Virus record (IMG/VR): IMGVR_UViG_3300037524_002067
Location: 1 to 64,000 of that record
Length of the DNA stretch: 64,000 nucleotides
Strand: one strand, 5' to 3'
Source of the DNA: a virus
This document shows, piece by piece, positions 52,422 through 60,682 of this stretch (position 1 is its first letter; every line of letters starts with the position of its first letter). Below the pieces are notes generated by a model. It saw only the letters and a program-made list of their open reading frames with translations, was not told where the DNA came from and did no database searches. The translations under genes were made by a program, and so were the position numbers.

Positions 52422-52946
52422 TTATTTCCACATTCCACCTGAATTCAATCTTTCGATTTCTTTTTCAAGTTTCTTTTGTTTTTTCTTTTCAATGAAATCA
52501 TCAAATTCTTTTAAAAGAGATTCTGGAATCTCAATTCCTTTATCTGAAAATTCTTTCAAAATCTCTTCTCTTGTAAAAGTGTGCTCAACAATTCCATCTG
52601 TCCACTGATCACGCCATAAACCCCAACCTCTTTTTCCAACCAACAAAGATTTCATGATGTTTGGATGTCTTGTAATGATTGGTTTTCCACCACCATACTG
52701 ACCATTTTCAAATTTTCTGAAACAGTTTTTTACTTCTGGACCATTCACATCAAACTCTATTTCTTTATCCACTTGTGAACCACAAAACGTTATCAATCCT
52801 TTTCGATTGATATCTAAGAAAAATTTAAACATCTTGTTGAAATTATCGGAATACTTCTGAAGTTTTCTGTCTAATTGTGTTCCAATTTCTTTTTTTCTTT
52901 GCTCAATTCTTTTGAGTCTTTCATTGGTTAGCTTCTCGCTCCCCAT
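52422..52946 (-). CDS. Hypothetical protein
   Basis: Start trimmed to MGSEK to avoid overlap with tRNA-Tyr. Confidence 0.55.
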   Translation of the reverse strand: MGSEKLTNERLKRIEQRKKEIGTQLDRKLQKYSDNFNKMFKFFLDINRKGLITFCGSQVDKEIEFDVNGPEVKNCFRKFENGQYGGGKPIITRHPNIMKSLLVGKRGWGLWRDQWTDGIVEHTFTREEILKEFSDKGIEIPESLLKEFDDFIEKKKQKKLEKEIERLNSGGMWK

Positions 52947-52988
52947 CGCTCTTTCTCGCCTTTCATAGATTTTGTTTTTAATTGTTTG

Positions 52989-53070
52989 TTGGGGTGATCG
53001 GATTCGAACCGACTCAGCCAAGGCAACAGTTTTACAGACTGTCCTAACTCTCCAGCGTTAGCGCACCCCA
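52989..53070 (-). tRNA. tRNA-Tyr(GTA)
   Basis: ACAGT-CTGTAAA-ACTGT. Confidence 0.85.
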
Positions 53071-53078
53071 ATTTATTC

Positions 53079-53156
53079 TGGTGGGATAGAAGGGACTTGA
53101 ACCCTATGCGGTTGAGTTTTACAGACCCTCCGACTCTATTGCCTTGGCATTATCCC
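53079..53156 (-). tRNA. Divergent tRNA-Tyr(GTA)
   Basis: Loop CTGTAAA; encoded CCA; weak D stem. Confidence 0.65.
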
Positions 53157-53275
53157 AGTTGTAATTTTTGTCTAGGTTTTCTTCCTAACAATTGCTTTTA
53201 GAAGCTGACACATCCTCTGACGTGCCATCCCATGTACTTAGGGTAGCCTTTCAGCAACTTCTAAACTTTTTAATG

Positions 53276-53362
53276 CGGGACTGAAGGGAGTCGAACCCTC
53301 TACGAGATTTTCATCTGCACCACATAGACAGTGTGGCATACCAGCCGTTATACGCCAGCCCC
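53276..53362 (-). tRNA. tRNA-Asp(GTC) with long variable arm
   Basis: CCACA-CTGTCTA-TGTGG; G73. Confidence 0.85.
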
Positions 53363-53393
53363 AATTTGATTTTTATCTAGGTTTTCTCCTAGT

Positions 53394-53469
53394 TGGCAGT
53401 GCATACGGGGGTCGAACCCGCTCCTCAACCGCAGACAACGGCGCATCTTAACCATTTGACCTATGCACT
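53394..53469 (-). tRNA. tRNA-Asp(GTC)
   Basis: GCCG-TTGTCTG-CGGT; GCCA end. Confidence 0.85.
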
Positions 53470-53482
53470 ATTTTTATTCTTG

Positions 53483-53551
53483 TCATCAAGGCTGGATTTC
53501 CACCAACAACCTCCCTGTGCACGGGACTCTTAGATGTTGAGCTACTTGATG
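53483..53551 (-). ncRNA. Degenerate tRNA-like RNA
   Basis: Acceptor CATCAAG/CTTGATG, D and T arms, shortened anticodon arm. Confidence 0.45.
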
Positions 53552-53556
53552 AAGTA

Positions 53557-53638
53557 TGATGGTAATTGTGAAGCTATGTTTTTCGATTGGAAGTCAAATG
53601 CCCTAACGGGCTAGAAGTAAGCAAACACATGGCCATCA
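53557..53638 (-). ncRNA. Minimal Y-RNA-like RNA
   Basis: Terminal stem TGATGG/CCATCA with GGCCATGTG...TTACTTCT motif. Confidence 0.5.
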
Positions 53639-53643
53639 ATAAG

Positions 53644-53723
53644 TACGCTGCAGTGGGATTTTCACCCTCGGTTACATCTCATTCCTCACGTGGAATGTAT
53701 CTTAAAAGTTAGACGACACAGCG
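53644..53723 (-). ncRNA. Degenerate tRNA-like RNA
   Basis: Acceptor CGCTG/CAGCG; CATTCC-ACGTGA-GGAATG arm. Confidence 0.4.
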
Positions 53724-53802
53724 ATTTAATTTCCTACGGGGTTGAAACTTGCGTATGAAGAGCGACTTCACAGAGACAAATAACAACTCACCCGTTTATG
53801 TG

Positions 53803-53876
53803 TCGAGTAGACTGGAATCGAACCAGCTAACTGATGCTTCCAGGGCACCCGTGCTTATAACCTTAGTCACTACTCG
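53803..53876 (-). tRNA. Divergent tRNA-Pro(TGG) overlapping the HNH stop codon
   Basis: GGTGC-CCTGGAA-GCATC; C1:G72, A73. Confidence 0.7.
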
Positions 53877-54508
53877 TTTTTTTTATTATTTTTACCAGCA
53901 TAAGTTTTTGTTTGACTGTGACAATTAGGACAAAGAAATCTTAAATTTTCTATTCTATTATCGTTATTCACCCCATTCTTATGATCAAGTTGTAATACTA
54001 TTTTTTCATTCATCCACTCTCCTCTATTTTTGCATTTTTCACATGCATATTCTAATAATTCTTCTTTTAACAATCTTCTTTTTAAAGCGTGTTGACTGTA
54101 ACTTGAATTTATGATTAATATCTCATTTATATCTTTTCCTTTTTGTCCAGTTCTTTCTCTTCTAATGCCTTTAAATTTTTGACCTTCAAAATGAGAATTA
54201 TCTAAGTTGTTTTCAACAATTCTTTTTTTTATAGTTCTTATATTAGAACCTGTTGTTTTAATTTTAAATCCTCTACATATTTCAGAATATGTTGTTGATG
54301 TTTTTACCAATTCTTTTAATTTAGTTACATCATATTCTCTTCCAAGTCTTATTTTAAAATGTTTTAAATTTAAATTTAATTCTAATGCTATTTCTTTTAT
54401 TTTATTAAAAGTATAACCATTGTTTTTTAAACTCATTTTAGAACATACCTCACTCAAAGAAGTACTATTTTTTATTGCACGTTTTAATTTATCTTTATCT
54501 ATTTTCAT
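53870..54508 (-). CDS. HNH homing endonuclease
   Basis: LQLDHKNGVNNDNRIENLRFLCPNCHSQT. Confidence 0.9.
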   Translation of the reverse strand: MKIDKDKLKRAIKNSTSLSEVCSKMSLKNNGYTFNKIKEIALELNLNLKHFKIRLGREYDVTKLKELVKTSTTYSEICRGFKIKTTGSNIRTIKKRIVENNLDNSHFEGQKFKGIRRERTGQKGKDINEILIINSSYSQHALKRRLLKEELLEYACEKCKNRGEWMNEKIVLQLDHKNGVNNDNRIENLRFLCPNCHSQTKTYAGKNNKKNE

Positions 54509-54634
54509 ATATTTTATTTATAAAAAAATACGAAAAATAAAAGTATTAAACAAATTATTTCAATCAATTAGACCAACTCACGCAACTCCTGATATGAAGT
54601 TTTTGATTTAAAACAAAAGCAACAAAACAAATCG

Positions 54635-54707
54635 TCAGGGTGACAGGGGTTGAACCTGCGACCTCCTGGTCCCAAACCAGGCGCTCTCCCAACTGAGCTA
54701 CACCCTG
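54635..54707 (-). tRNA. tRNA-Pro(TGG)
   Basis: CCTGG-TTTGGGA-CCAGG. Confidence 0.95.
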
Positions 54708-54789
54708 AAGTGCTGTGGGTTTTGGAGTACCCACAGCTAAATTTCCCAATATGTCAAAGATCTCATGTTATTTTTTAACTGAAATAACC

Positions 54790-54825
54790 AAAACAAAAAA
54801 CCCGCTCTTTTTAGGGAGCGGGTTT
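54790..54825 (-). terminator. Attenuator terminator of the Pro/Asp/Tyr/Ala/Gly/Met array
   Basis: AAACCCGCTC-CCTAAAAA-GAGCGGGTTT followed by a U tract. Confidence 0.85.
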
Positions 54826-54855
54826 GTTAATTCCTTTTGTTTGTATCACTTGTTT

Positions 54856-54984
54856 TTATCCAAGCTTTCTAAAAGTCAAAACATATCCGCTCCCATAGCT
54901 ATAATCATAAGCTGGGGCATACCCTGCACCGCCCATCATCGGGGCTGCTGGAGTAGTTGCTGAATATGTAGTTACTGTTTTCAC
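54856..54984 (-). CDS. Attenuator leader peptide 4 (MKTVTTYSATTPAAPMMGGAGYAPAYDYSYGSGYVLTFRKLG)
   Basis: 17 consecutive P/A/M/G/Y/D codons; GGGAGCGG is complementary to terminator CCGCTCCC. Confidence 0.85.
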   Translation of the reverse strand: MKTVTTYSATTPAAPMMGGAGYAPAYDYSYGSGYVLTFRKLG

Positions 54985-55031
54985 CTGTATTGTTTCTTTT
55001 AAATAGTTAGAAAAAATGTTTTTCTGAAAAT

Positions 55032-55060
55032 TTATACGTACAAAGATATGTTAAGTTTCA
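55032..55060 (-). promoter_or_regulatory. Composite promoter: TGAAAC-N16-CGTA with nested TATCTTTG
   Basis: Recurrent motif. Confidence 0.7.
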
Positions 55061-55115
55061 AGAATACGCAAGTTTTTTTTGAAAAAATCTTCTAAGTGAT
55101 TAAAAATCAGCTGAA

Positions 55116-55706
55116 TTAATTTTTTGTACTCAACATTAAATCCTTCACGTTCTGTACACAAAATCCATGACCTTCCCTTCTGATCAGCTCATAAATCACA
55201 CCTGTAAGCTCAGATGGTTTTGTGAATACCTGCTCTAATCCTGGGCATTTCAATGGTTCTTTAGAAAGAAATTCTCCATATCCTTTATCGGCCCACTCTT
55301 GCATTGTAGCTGCCACATCATCCACCTGGAAGGCCATGTGATGAATTCCTCCTACACCATCTCTAGCTTTAACCCAGTCTCCAACAATAGAACCTTCTTC
55401 GCCATCAGATATAAATATCTCTGGTGCCACATGATAAACCTGGTTAATATCACCGAATGGAAAGTTTATTGCCCAAGGCAAATTCTCGCTCACCTTTTCA
55501 GATGGCACAAGCACAAGACAATTGGCCTCTGTACCATCATCAAATTGCAATTTAAAGCCATCTGGAAGATCTTCAGCAATTCTATACCCAAGGCAATCAA
55601 TAAAGAACTGAGCTGTTTTATGACGGTTTTTGACCCTATAGGCCACATGGTCTAATCTCATTTTTTGCGTTTTTTGAATAAATAGGAATAAAAAAACCCC
55701 AGACAA
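55116..55706 (-). CDS. VOC/glyoxalase-family protein (HPPD C-terminal-like)
   Basis: LDHVAYRV, GIHHMAF, QVFTKP and YELIRR; real start probably MRLDH. Confidence 0.8.
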   Translation of the reverse strand: MSGVFLFLFIQKTQKMRLDHVAYRVKNRHKTAQFFIDCLGYRIAEDLPDGFKLQFDDGTEANCLVLVPSEKVSENLPWAINFPFGDINQVYHVAPEIFISDGEEGSIVGDWVKARDGVGGIHHMAFQVDDVAATMQEWADKGYGEFLSKEPLKCPGLEQVFTKPSELTGVIYELIRREGHGFCVQNVKDLMLSTKN

Positions 55707-55735
55707 GTCTGAGGTTTAAATTTCTAAAAGTGGTC

Positions 55736-55927
55736 TTACCAACCCTCTTTTTTTACTCCTGCTGCAACAGCTGCTTCTGCAGTTTCTTTAGACATTATAA
55801 GGGACATTTTATGACCATCTTTCGACGCGCCCTTACAAATGTATCCACCTTTTGATGTTAAGCTAATAATGGGATCTACCATTGCTTCTTTTTGTTTAGT
55901 CTTAAGACAATACGCTTCAATAATCAT
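55736..55927 (-). CDS. Small DUF5679-like protein
   Basis: AYCLKTK...KG...G.KMS. Confidence 0.55.
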   Translation of the reverse strand: MIIEAYCLKTKQKEAMVDPIISLTSKGGYICKGASKDGHKMSLIMSKETAEAAVAAGVKKEGW

Positions 55928-56010
55928 AATTTATAGTTTTAATTGGTTTAGTATAAATATAGTCACTTTTTATATAAGTACACAATATTTAAAAAGAAAA
56001 ACGTTGATAG

Positions 56011-56889
56011 TCAGGTGTTTTCTTTGTAGAACTTAAAATAATACGCTTCCATTGGGTTTTTACTCATTGTTTCAAAATTACCTTTTCCTAAAAAAAGCTC
56101 GTCTTTTCTAATACCAGTACCAATAATATTAATCATTTTTTTATTTTTAAACCACTTCATATCGTTTGGATTTCTAATCCATCTAACCAAAAAATCGTTA
56201 TAATAAATTTTAATAAATTTTTCAGAATATATACATTTTATATTTAATGTTTTATCTTGATCGACTATTTTGCCGTGTTTGCCAGCTTTTAAATCATAAT
56301 GTAAACCTGGTTTTATTTTAGAATCCCCTAGGTGTATATTTGTCTCTATTCTTTCTTCGTATCGACCATATTCATTTGACAAACCCTCCATTGGATCTAT
56401 TTCTGGTGGCCAAGAATCTTCGGCAGATAACCATGTAGCTGGCCACAAAATAGCGCCACCTGGCATTTTTATACTCCACTCATAAAGACCATATCCATAA
56501 GAATTTCGTGAAGCTATTAAACCTATACCAAAAGGAATTGTGACTGGTGTCAAATTATCTTTTGGTTGTTCTCCAGGATTTACAATATAAGTGGTAACTG
56601 TTTTTGTGTTATTGGTAACTTTACAAAACAAACCATTTTGATTAATTTCTATTGCTTCTGGGTCATACCACTGTTGTAAATCCCCAGGATGATAATCTCC
56701 CCAAGCTTGATTTTTTCTGTAATGATTTTCAAGTTCAACCATAGTCATGTTTTTAAAATCATGGTGTGTGTCAAGTTTAAATTTTTCACAACTTATTTTA
56801 AAAAATCCTTTTTTGATTTTAAAAATATTATAAAGAACAAAATTTTTAAAACCTAGTATTTTGTTACACAATTTATCACTTATAATCAT
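56011..56889 (-). CDS. GH16 family glycoside hydrolase
   Basis: YGLYE...LWPATWL...WPPEIDPMEG (ExDxxE). Confidence 0.85.
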   Translation of the reverse strand: MIISDKLCNKILGFKNFVLYNIFKIKKGFFKISCEKFKLDTHHDFKNMTMVELENHYRKNQAWGDYHPGDLQQWYDPEAIEINQNGLFCKVTNNTKTVTTYIVNPGEQPKDNLTPVTIPFGIGLIASRNSYGYGLYEWSIKMPGGAILWPATWLSAEDSWPPEIDPMEGLSNEYGRYEERIETNIHLGDSKIKPGLHYDLKAGKHGKIVDQDKTLNIKCIYSEKFIKIYYNDFLVRWIRNPNDMKWFKNKKMINIIGTGIRKDELFLGKGNFETMSKNPMEAYYFKFYKENT

Positions 56890-57396
56890 ATTTTTTTCTT
56901 ATAAATAGATTGTGTTTTTAAAATCAAGTGTTTACTAATTATTTCTTATTTTTAAAACTAGGTTCCATCACATTCTCAACCACAACAAATGGTAAACGTT
57001 TACCATCAATAAGATAATCTCTTTTATCGTGTATTGTACTTTTAGTATGTGTTTTATCAACTTTAGTAACAGTTATTTTAAGACGCGGACCTTTTGCTGA
57101 TTTAATCCTATGAATTTGAAGGTCGCCAGGTCCACCGCCATACCAAATATCTTGACTTCCCCAACCATGCTTTTTTCTATACCATTCTCTACCACCATTC
57201 TCTTCGATAAGATATTTGAATGTTTCATCAAAAAATGGGTTTGGAATTCCTAAAATATCGCAATCCCCCCCAACGGTTGCAGTCATTAAATCAACATTGT
57301 ATTGACCTCCACATGATTTACACTCACACATTCTCCATTTTGTATGAATTAGTCTAACAACATCGTGACATTTTTTACAATGAATGAGTTTCATAT

Positions 57397-57840
57397 TTAT
57401 TTATTTCCAGTGCTGCCAAATCCGCCAGTTCCGCGATCCGTAGACCCCAATTCTTCTACGGTTTCAACCACTTCAAATTCGGCTACTTCATGTTTAGCAA
57501 AAACCATTTGAGCAATACGCTCACCATGTTCAATTTTTTGATGATCCGTTGATGAGTTGAATAAAATAACTTTTATCTCACCTCTATAATCGGCATCTAT
57601 CGTGCCTGGTGTGTTAAGTACCGTAATTCCTCTTTTTGCTGCCAAACCGCTACGAGGTCTTACTTGTCCTTCGAAACCCAAAGGAATTTCCATAAAAAGA
57701 CCTGTGGGTATAATTTCTCTTCCGCCTGGGGTTATCATTATTGACTCTTCAAGGTTTGCTTTTAAGTCAAATCCAGCAGCACCAGCAGTTGCATAAGCTG
57801 GTAATTCATTTTTTGATTTGTTTACAATTTTTATTTTCAT
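57397..57840 (-). CDS. dut: dUTPase
   Basis: [22 protein letters not shown] and [10 protein letters not shown]. Confidence 0.97.
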   Translation of the reverse strand: MKIKIVNKSKNELPAYATAGAAGFDLKANLEESIMITPGGREIIPTGLFMEIPLGFEGQVRPRSGLAAKRGITVLNTPGTIDADYRGEIKVILFNSSTDHQKIEHGERIAQMVFAKHEVAEFEVVETVEELGSTDRGTGGFGSTGNK

Positions 57841-57855
57841 ATGCAGTATTTATTT

Positions 57856-59298
57856 TTAAAAAGGTAAATCTTTATTTGGGCCATTTCCACTTTTGGATGT
57901 TTTTGGATTCATAATTTCATTCCAATCTAATCCTTGCGAGCTTTTTCTCGAATTGTTGTTGATTTCAAATCCAACTGGGGTCATTCTTTCTTTTGATATG
58001 CTTTCTTCATCAGCCATATCATATACTTCTTGCAAATCTTTGTTAAGTGTTTCTACAACTGATTTAAGAGTATCAACAGTTATTTTTTCAACTTTTTTTG
58101 AAACGGCGTAAGACATTATTGCTTCAGATAAGTTTTTTATTTGGGCACCAGTCATTGTGCCACCATCTTTATCGAGAATAATTTTATCATAGACCTGCTT
58201 CAAAACTTCTTCAACTACTTTTGGTTTATCTTTTTTTGAATCGAATAATATTCCATCAAAATAATGCTTCACACATAAAATTGAATTTATTTCATCGAGC
58301 GCTCCAAATTTTACAACTTTATCAATACGCCCTGGACGTTTTAGAATACGTGGTTCAATTCTTTTTGGGTGATTTGTTGTAAAAATAGAATAACAACCCT
58401 TCTCTGTTTTTGGCTGATTTATTCCATCAAGATAATTAAGAATTCCAGAATCGCTCCATGGAATTGTGCTTTCAGCGTCTTCTAGTATTATAAGTGTTGG
58501 CATTTTAGCTTTAGATACATTATATGTGTGCATCATAACAGCTTTTAAATCTGTTGCAATTACAACACACATTCTTTTAGAATACTCCTGAGCAATCAAC
58601 ATTGCAGCGCTTGTTTTTCCTCCACCAGGCTCACCAACAAGAAGCATTCTCCTTGATCCTGGTTGAGAAAATCTTGTATAATAATCGACGTTATCAAAAA
58701 ACTGTTTTATATCTTCTTCTACCAACTTTATATTTTGATGAAAGACCACATTTTTTTTAAAATCTTTTGGTTTAATTTCTTCATAATTCAACACAGCACC
58801 AATTGATGGTGCTATGGTTACATGTATTTTATAAAGACCTATTTTTGGTTTAGAATTTATTTTGGCTTGTTGATGTAGGTACCTATAATAGTTATTTATT
58901 GTTTCTTTAGATCCAACTCCATAAGTTTCAACTATAGAGTTTCTACCAAAACCAACAACTCGTTGCGAGTAAATTAAAAAACTCTCATCGCTAAAACTCA
59001 ATTTAAATATACCAGATTCTGCATCGAATTTAACAGCTCTTGTTTTTTGATCAAAGCTGTGAGATAAAACCATATTTGGCAACACATCGTTTTTTATTGA
59101 CTCTATTTTTATAGGTTTAAAAACTTTTGAGTCTTTGTTTTTTGATTTGGAGTTTTTATAAATTTCTTCTCTTATTTTAGAAGGGCTTATTGCAAAGTCT
59201 AAAACAGCAACAGCAAACTCATCTTGTTTGCTCATTTCTTTAAAATTTGATCTAAGAACTTTGATTATTTGATCTCTTTGGTTTTTCGATTCAGCCAT
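57856..59298 (-). CDS. AAA+ ATPase
   Basis: GEPGGGKT, ILED, TTNHP and RPGRID. Confidence 0.9.
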   Translation of the reverse strand: MAESKNQRDQIIKVLRSNFKEMSKQDEFAVAVLDFAISPSKIREEIYKNSKSKNKDSKVFKPIKIESIKNDVLPNMVLSHSFDQKTRAVKFDAESGIFKLSFSDESFLIYSQRVVGFGRNSIVETYGVGSKETINNYYRYLHQQAKINSKPKIGLYKIHVTIAPSIGAVLNYEEIKPKDFKKNVVFHQNIKLVEEDIKQFFDNVDYYTRFSQPGSRRMLLVGEPGGGKTSAAMLIAQEYSKRMCVVIATDLKAVMMHTYNVSKAKMPTLIILEDAESTIPWSDSGILNYLDGINQPKTEKGCYSIFTTNHPKRIEPRILKRPGRIDKVVKFGALDEINSILCVKHYFDGILFDSKKDKPKVVEEVLKQVYDKIILDKDGGTMTGAQIKNLSEAIMSYAVSKKVEKITVDTLKSVVETLNKDLQEVYDMADEESISKERMTPVGFEINNNSRKSSQGLDWNEIMNPKTSKSGNGPNKDLPF

Positions 59299-59370
59299 GT
59301 GAAAATATTTGGTTTATGCGAATATACGAAAAAAAATAAAAACCCAGACTTTTTTATTAACCTGAGTGTG

Positions 59371-60183
59371 TTATTTATTTTCAACTATGTGTTTTTTAAG
59401 CTCTTTAACGCAGTCTTTAAGCTCTAAAATCTGTTGTTTCAATCCCTTAACCTCTTCATTTAAATTATCATTATTATCACTAACCATTGCATCTACAAAT
59501 ATTGAATTGGTTATAGAAAGACCTATTATACCGCCAAAAAACATTAACAAGGAAAAATATAGCTTTGAAAATAGCCCAACAATATGACTACTTCTACTAG
59601 CAATAAGATCTGGGATTGTATTCCAACCTTCAACAGAAAAAACTTGAAATGTTGAAAATATTGCATCTATTGGCGTTGAAAAATACTCTGGGGCAAGATT
59701 TTTAAAAATTGCACAAGATAACATTGAAAATATAAATAGAAGAGTAAAGAAGCCAAAGAACACCAAATAAGAAGAGTTAATAGCTCTTCTTAAACCTGGT
59801 AAAATACTGTCAACTTGTGGAAAATATTTAAGCAATCTAAAAAACTTAAACACTCTAAAGACCCTAAAGATAAGCAAAATCTCAAGATCAAAAACAAAAA
59901 CTGAAAACAAAGATGGAATAGAAACCAAAATAAGAACAAAATCCATCTTATTCCAACCAGTACTAATATAGACTTTAAAACTTCTAGTCTTAATCTTTAA
60001 ATACATTTCGCAAATAAATGCAATCGTAAACAGTGTTTCAAAAAAATTCAGAGCTGGTATTTCAACTCTGAATTCTTGTATAAATATTACAATTGCATTT
60101 AACACGATCATTGCCAAAATAATATTGTTATTTAGCAATAATGTCTCAATATGTTTTTTAAATTTTTTGAGTTTTTTTAGCAT
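59371..60183 (-). CDS. Voltage-gated ion channel (BacNav/Cav-like)
   Basis: 6 TM; S4 RVFRVFKFFR; filter FQVFSVEGW; C-terminal coiled coil. Confidence 0.9.
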   Translation of the reverse strand: MLKKLKKFKKHIETLLLNNNIILAMIVLNAIVIFIQEFRVEIPALNFFETLFTIAFICEMYLKIKTRSFKVYISTGWNKMDFVLILVSIPSLFSVFVFDLEILLIFRVFRVFKFFRLLKYFPQVDSILPGLRRAINSSYLVFFGFFTLLFIFSMLSCAIFKNLAPEYFSTPIDAIFSTFQVFSVEGWNTIPDLIASRSSHIVGLFSKLYFSLLMFFGGIIGLSITNSIFVDAMVSDNNDNLNEEVKGLKQQILELKDCVKELKKHIVENK

Positions 60184-60202
60184 TAAATTTCATGTGGATT
60201 AT

Positions 60203-60682
60203 TTAAAAAGTTTTAGTGAGCCCTAAACTCACATAGTTGGTTCTTGACCAATTGCTATATTGGACAAAATATCCCAGGTTGTTTGGCATATAACAAAAAC
60301 CTGCGCCGTATTCAATAAACATCGGCAATCCACTTTCTCCATAAACGCCAACACCAAATAAACCATATAAACTAACAACATCAGTTATAGATTTTGACAC
60401 AGATGTTTTAAATTCAAAGAATGACCTGGTAGAAGAAGTTACAAGAAAATTTTCATATCCTAGAACAAGACCAAGATTTACGTTTTTGCCCACGACACCA
60501 ACTTCAACTGAGGGGTATGAAGCCTTGCTAAAATTGTTTATGGATTCATCATTTGGATCCACATGTCCAATAGATACTCCAATTGAAGCATAGGGTTTCA
60601 ACTTTGTTTTTGTTGAGTCTGTTTGTGCATATGAGCACAGGCTGATCAGAATAGCCACCATGATTGTAATTGTTTTTTTCAT
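60203..60682 (-). CDS. Secreted beta-barrel-like protein
   Basis: Signal peptide, alternating strands, C-terminal Phe. Confidence 0.55.
   Translation of the reverse strand: MKKTITIMVAILISLCSYAQTDSTKTKLKPYASIGVSIGHVDPNDESINNFSKASYPSVEVGVVGKNVNLGLVLGYENFLVTSSTRSFFEFKTSVSKSITDVVSLYGLFGVGVYGESGLPMFIEYGAGFCYMPNNLGYFVQYSNWSRTNYVSLGLTKTF

Noticed and set aside
945-54963. Short ORFs overlapping tRNAs or leaders (e.g. 945, 1022, 21298, 23359, 25310, 25329, 26278, 28226, 28248, 48223, 48425, 54564, 54715)
   Set aside because: They are shadow frames of tRNA genes or attenuator regions.
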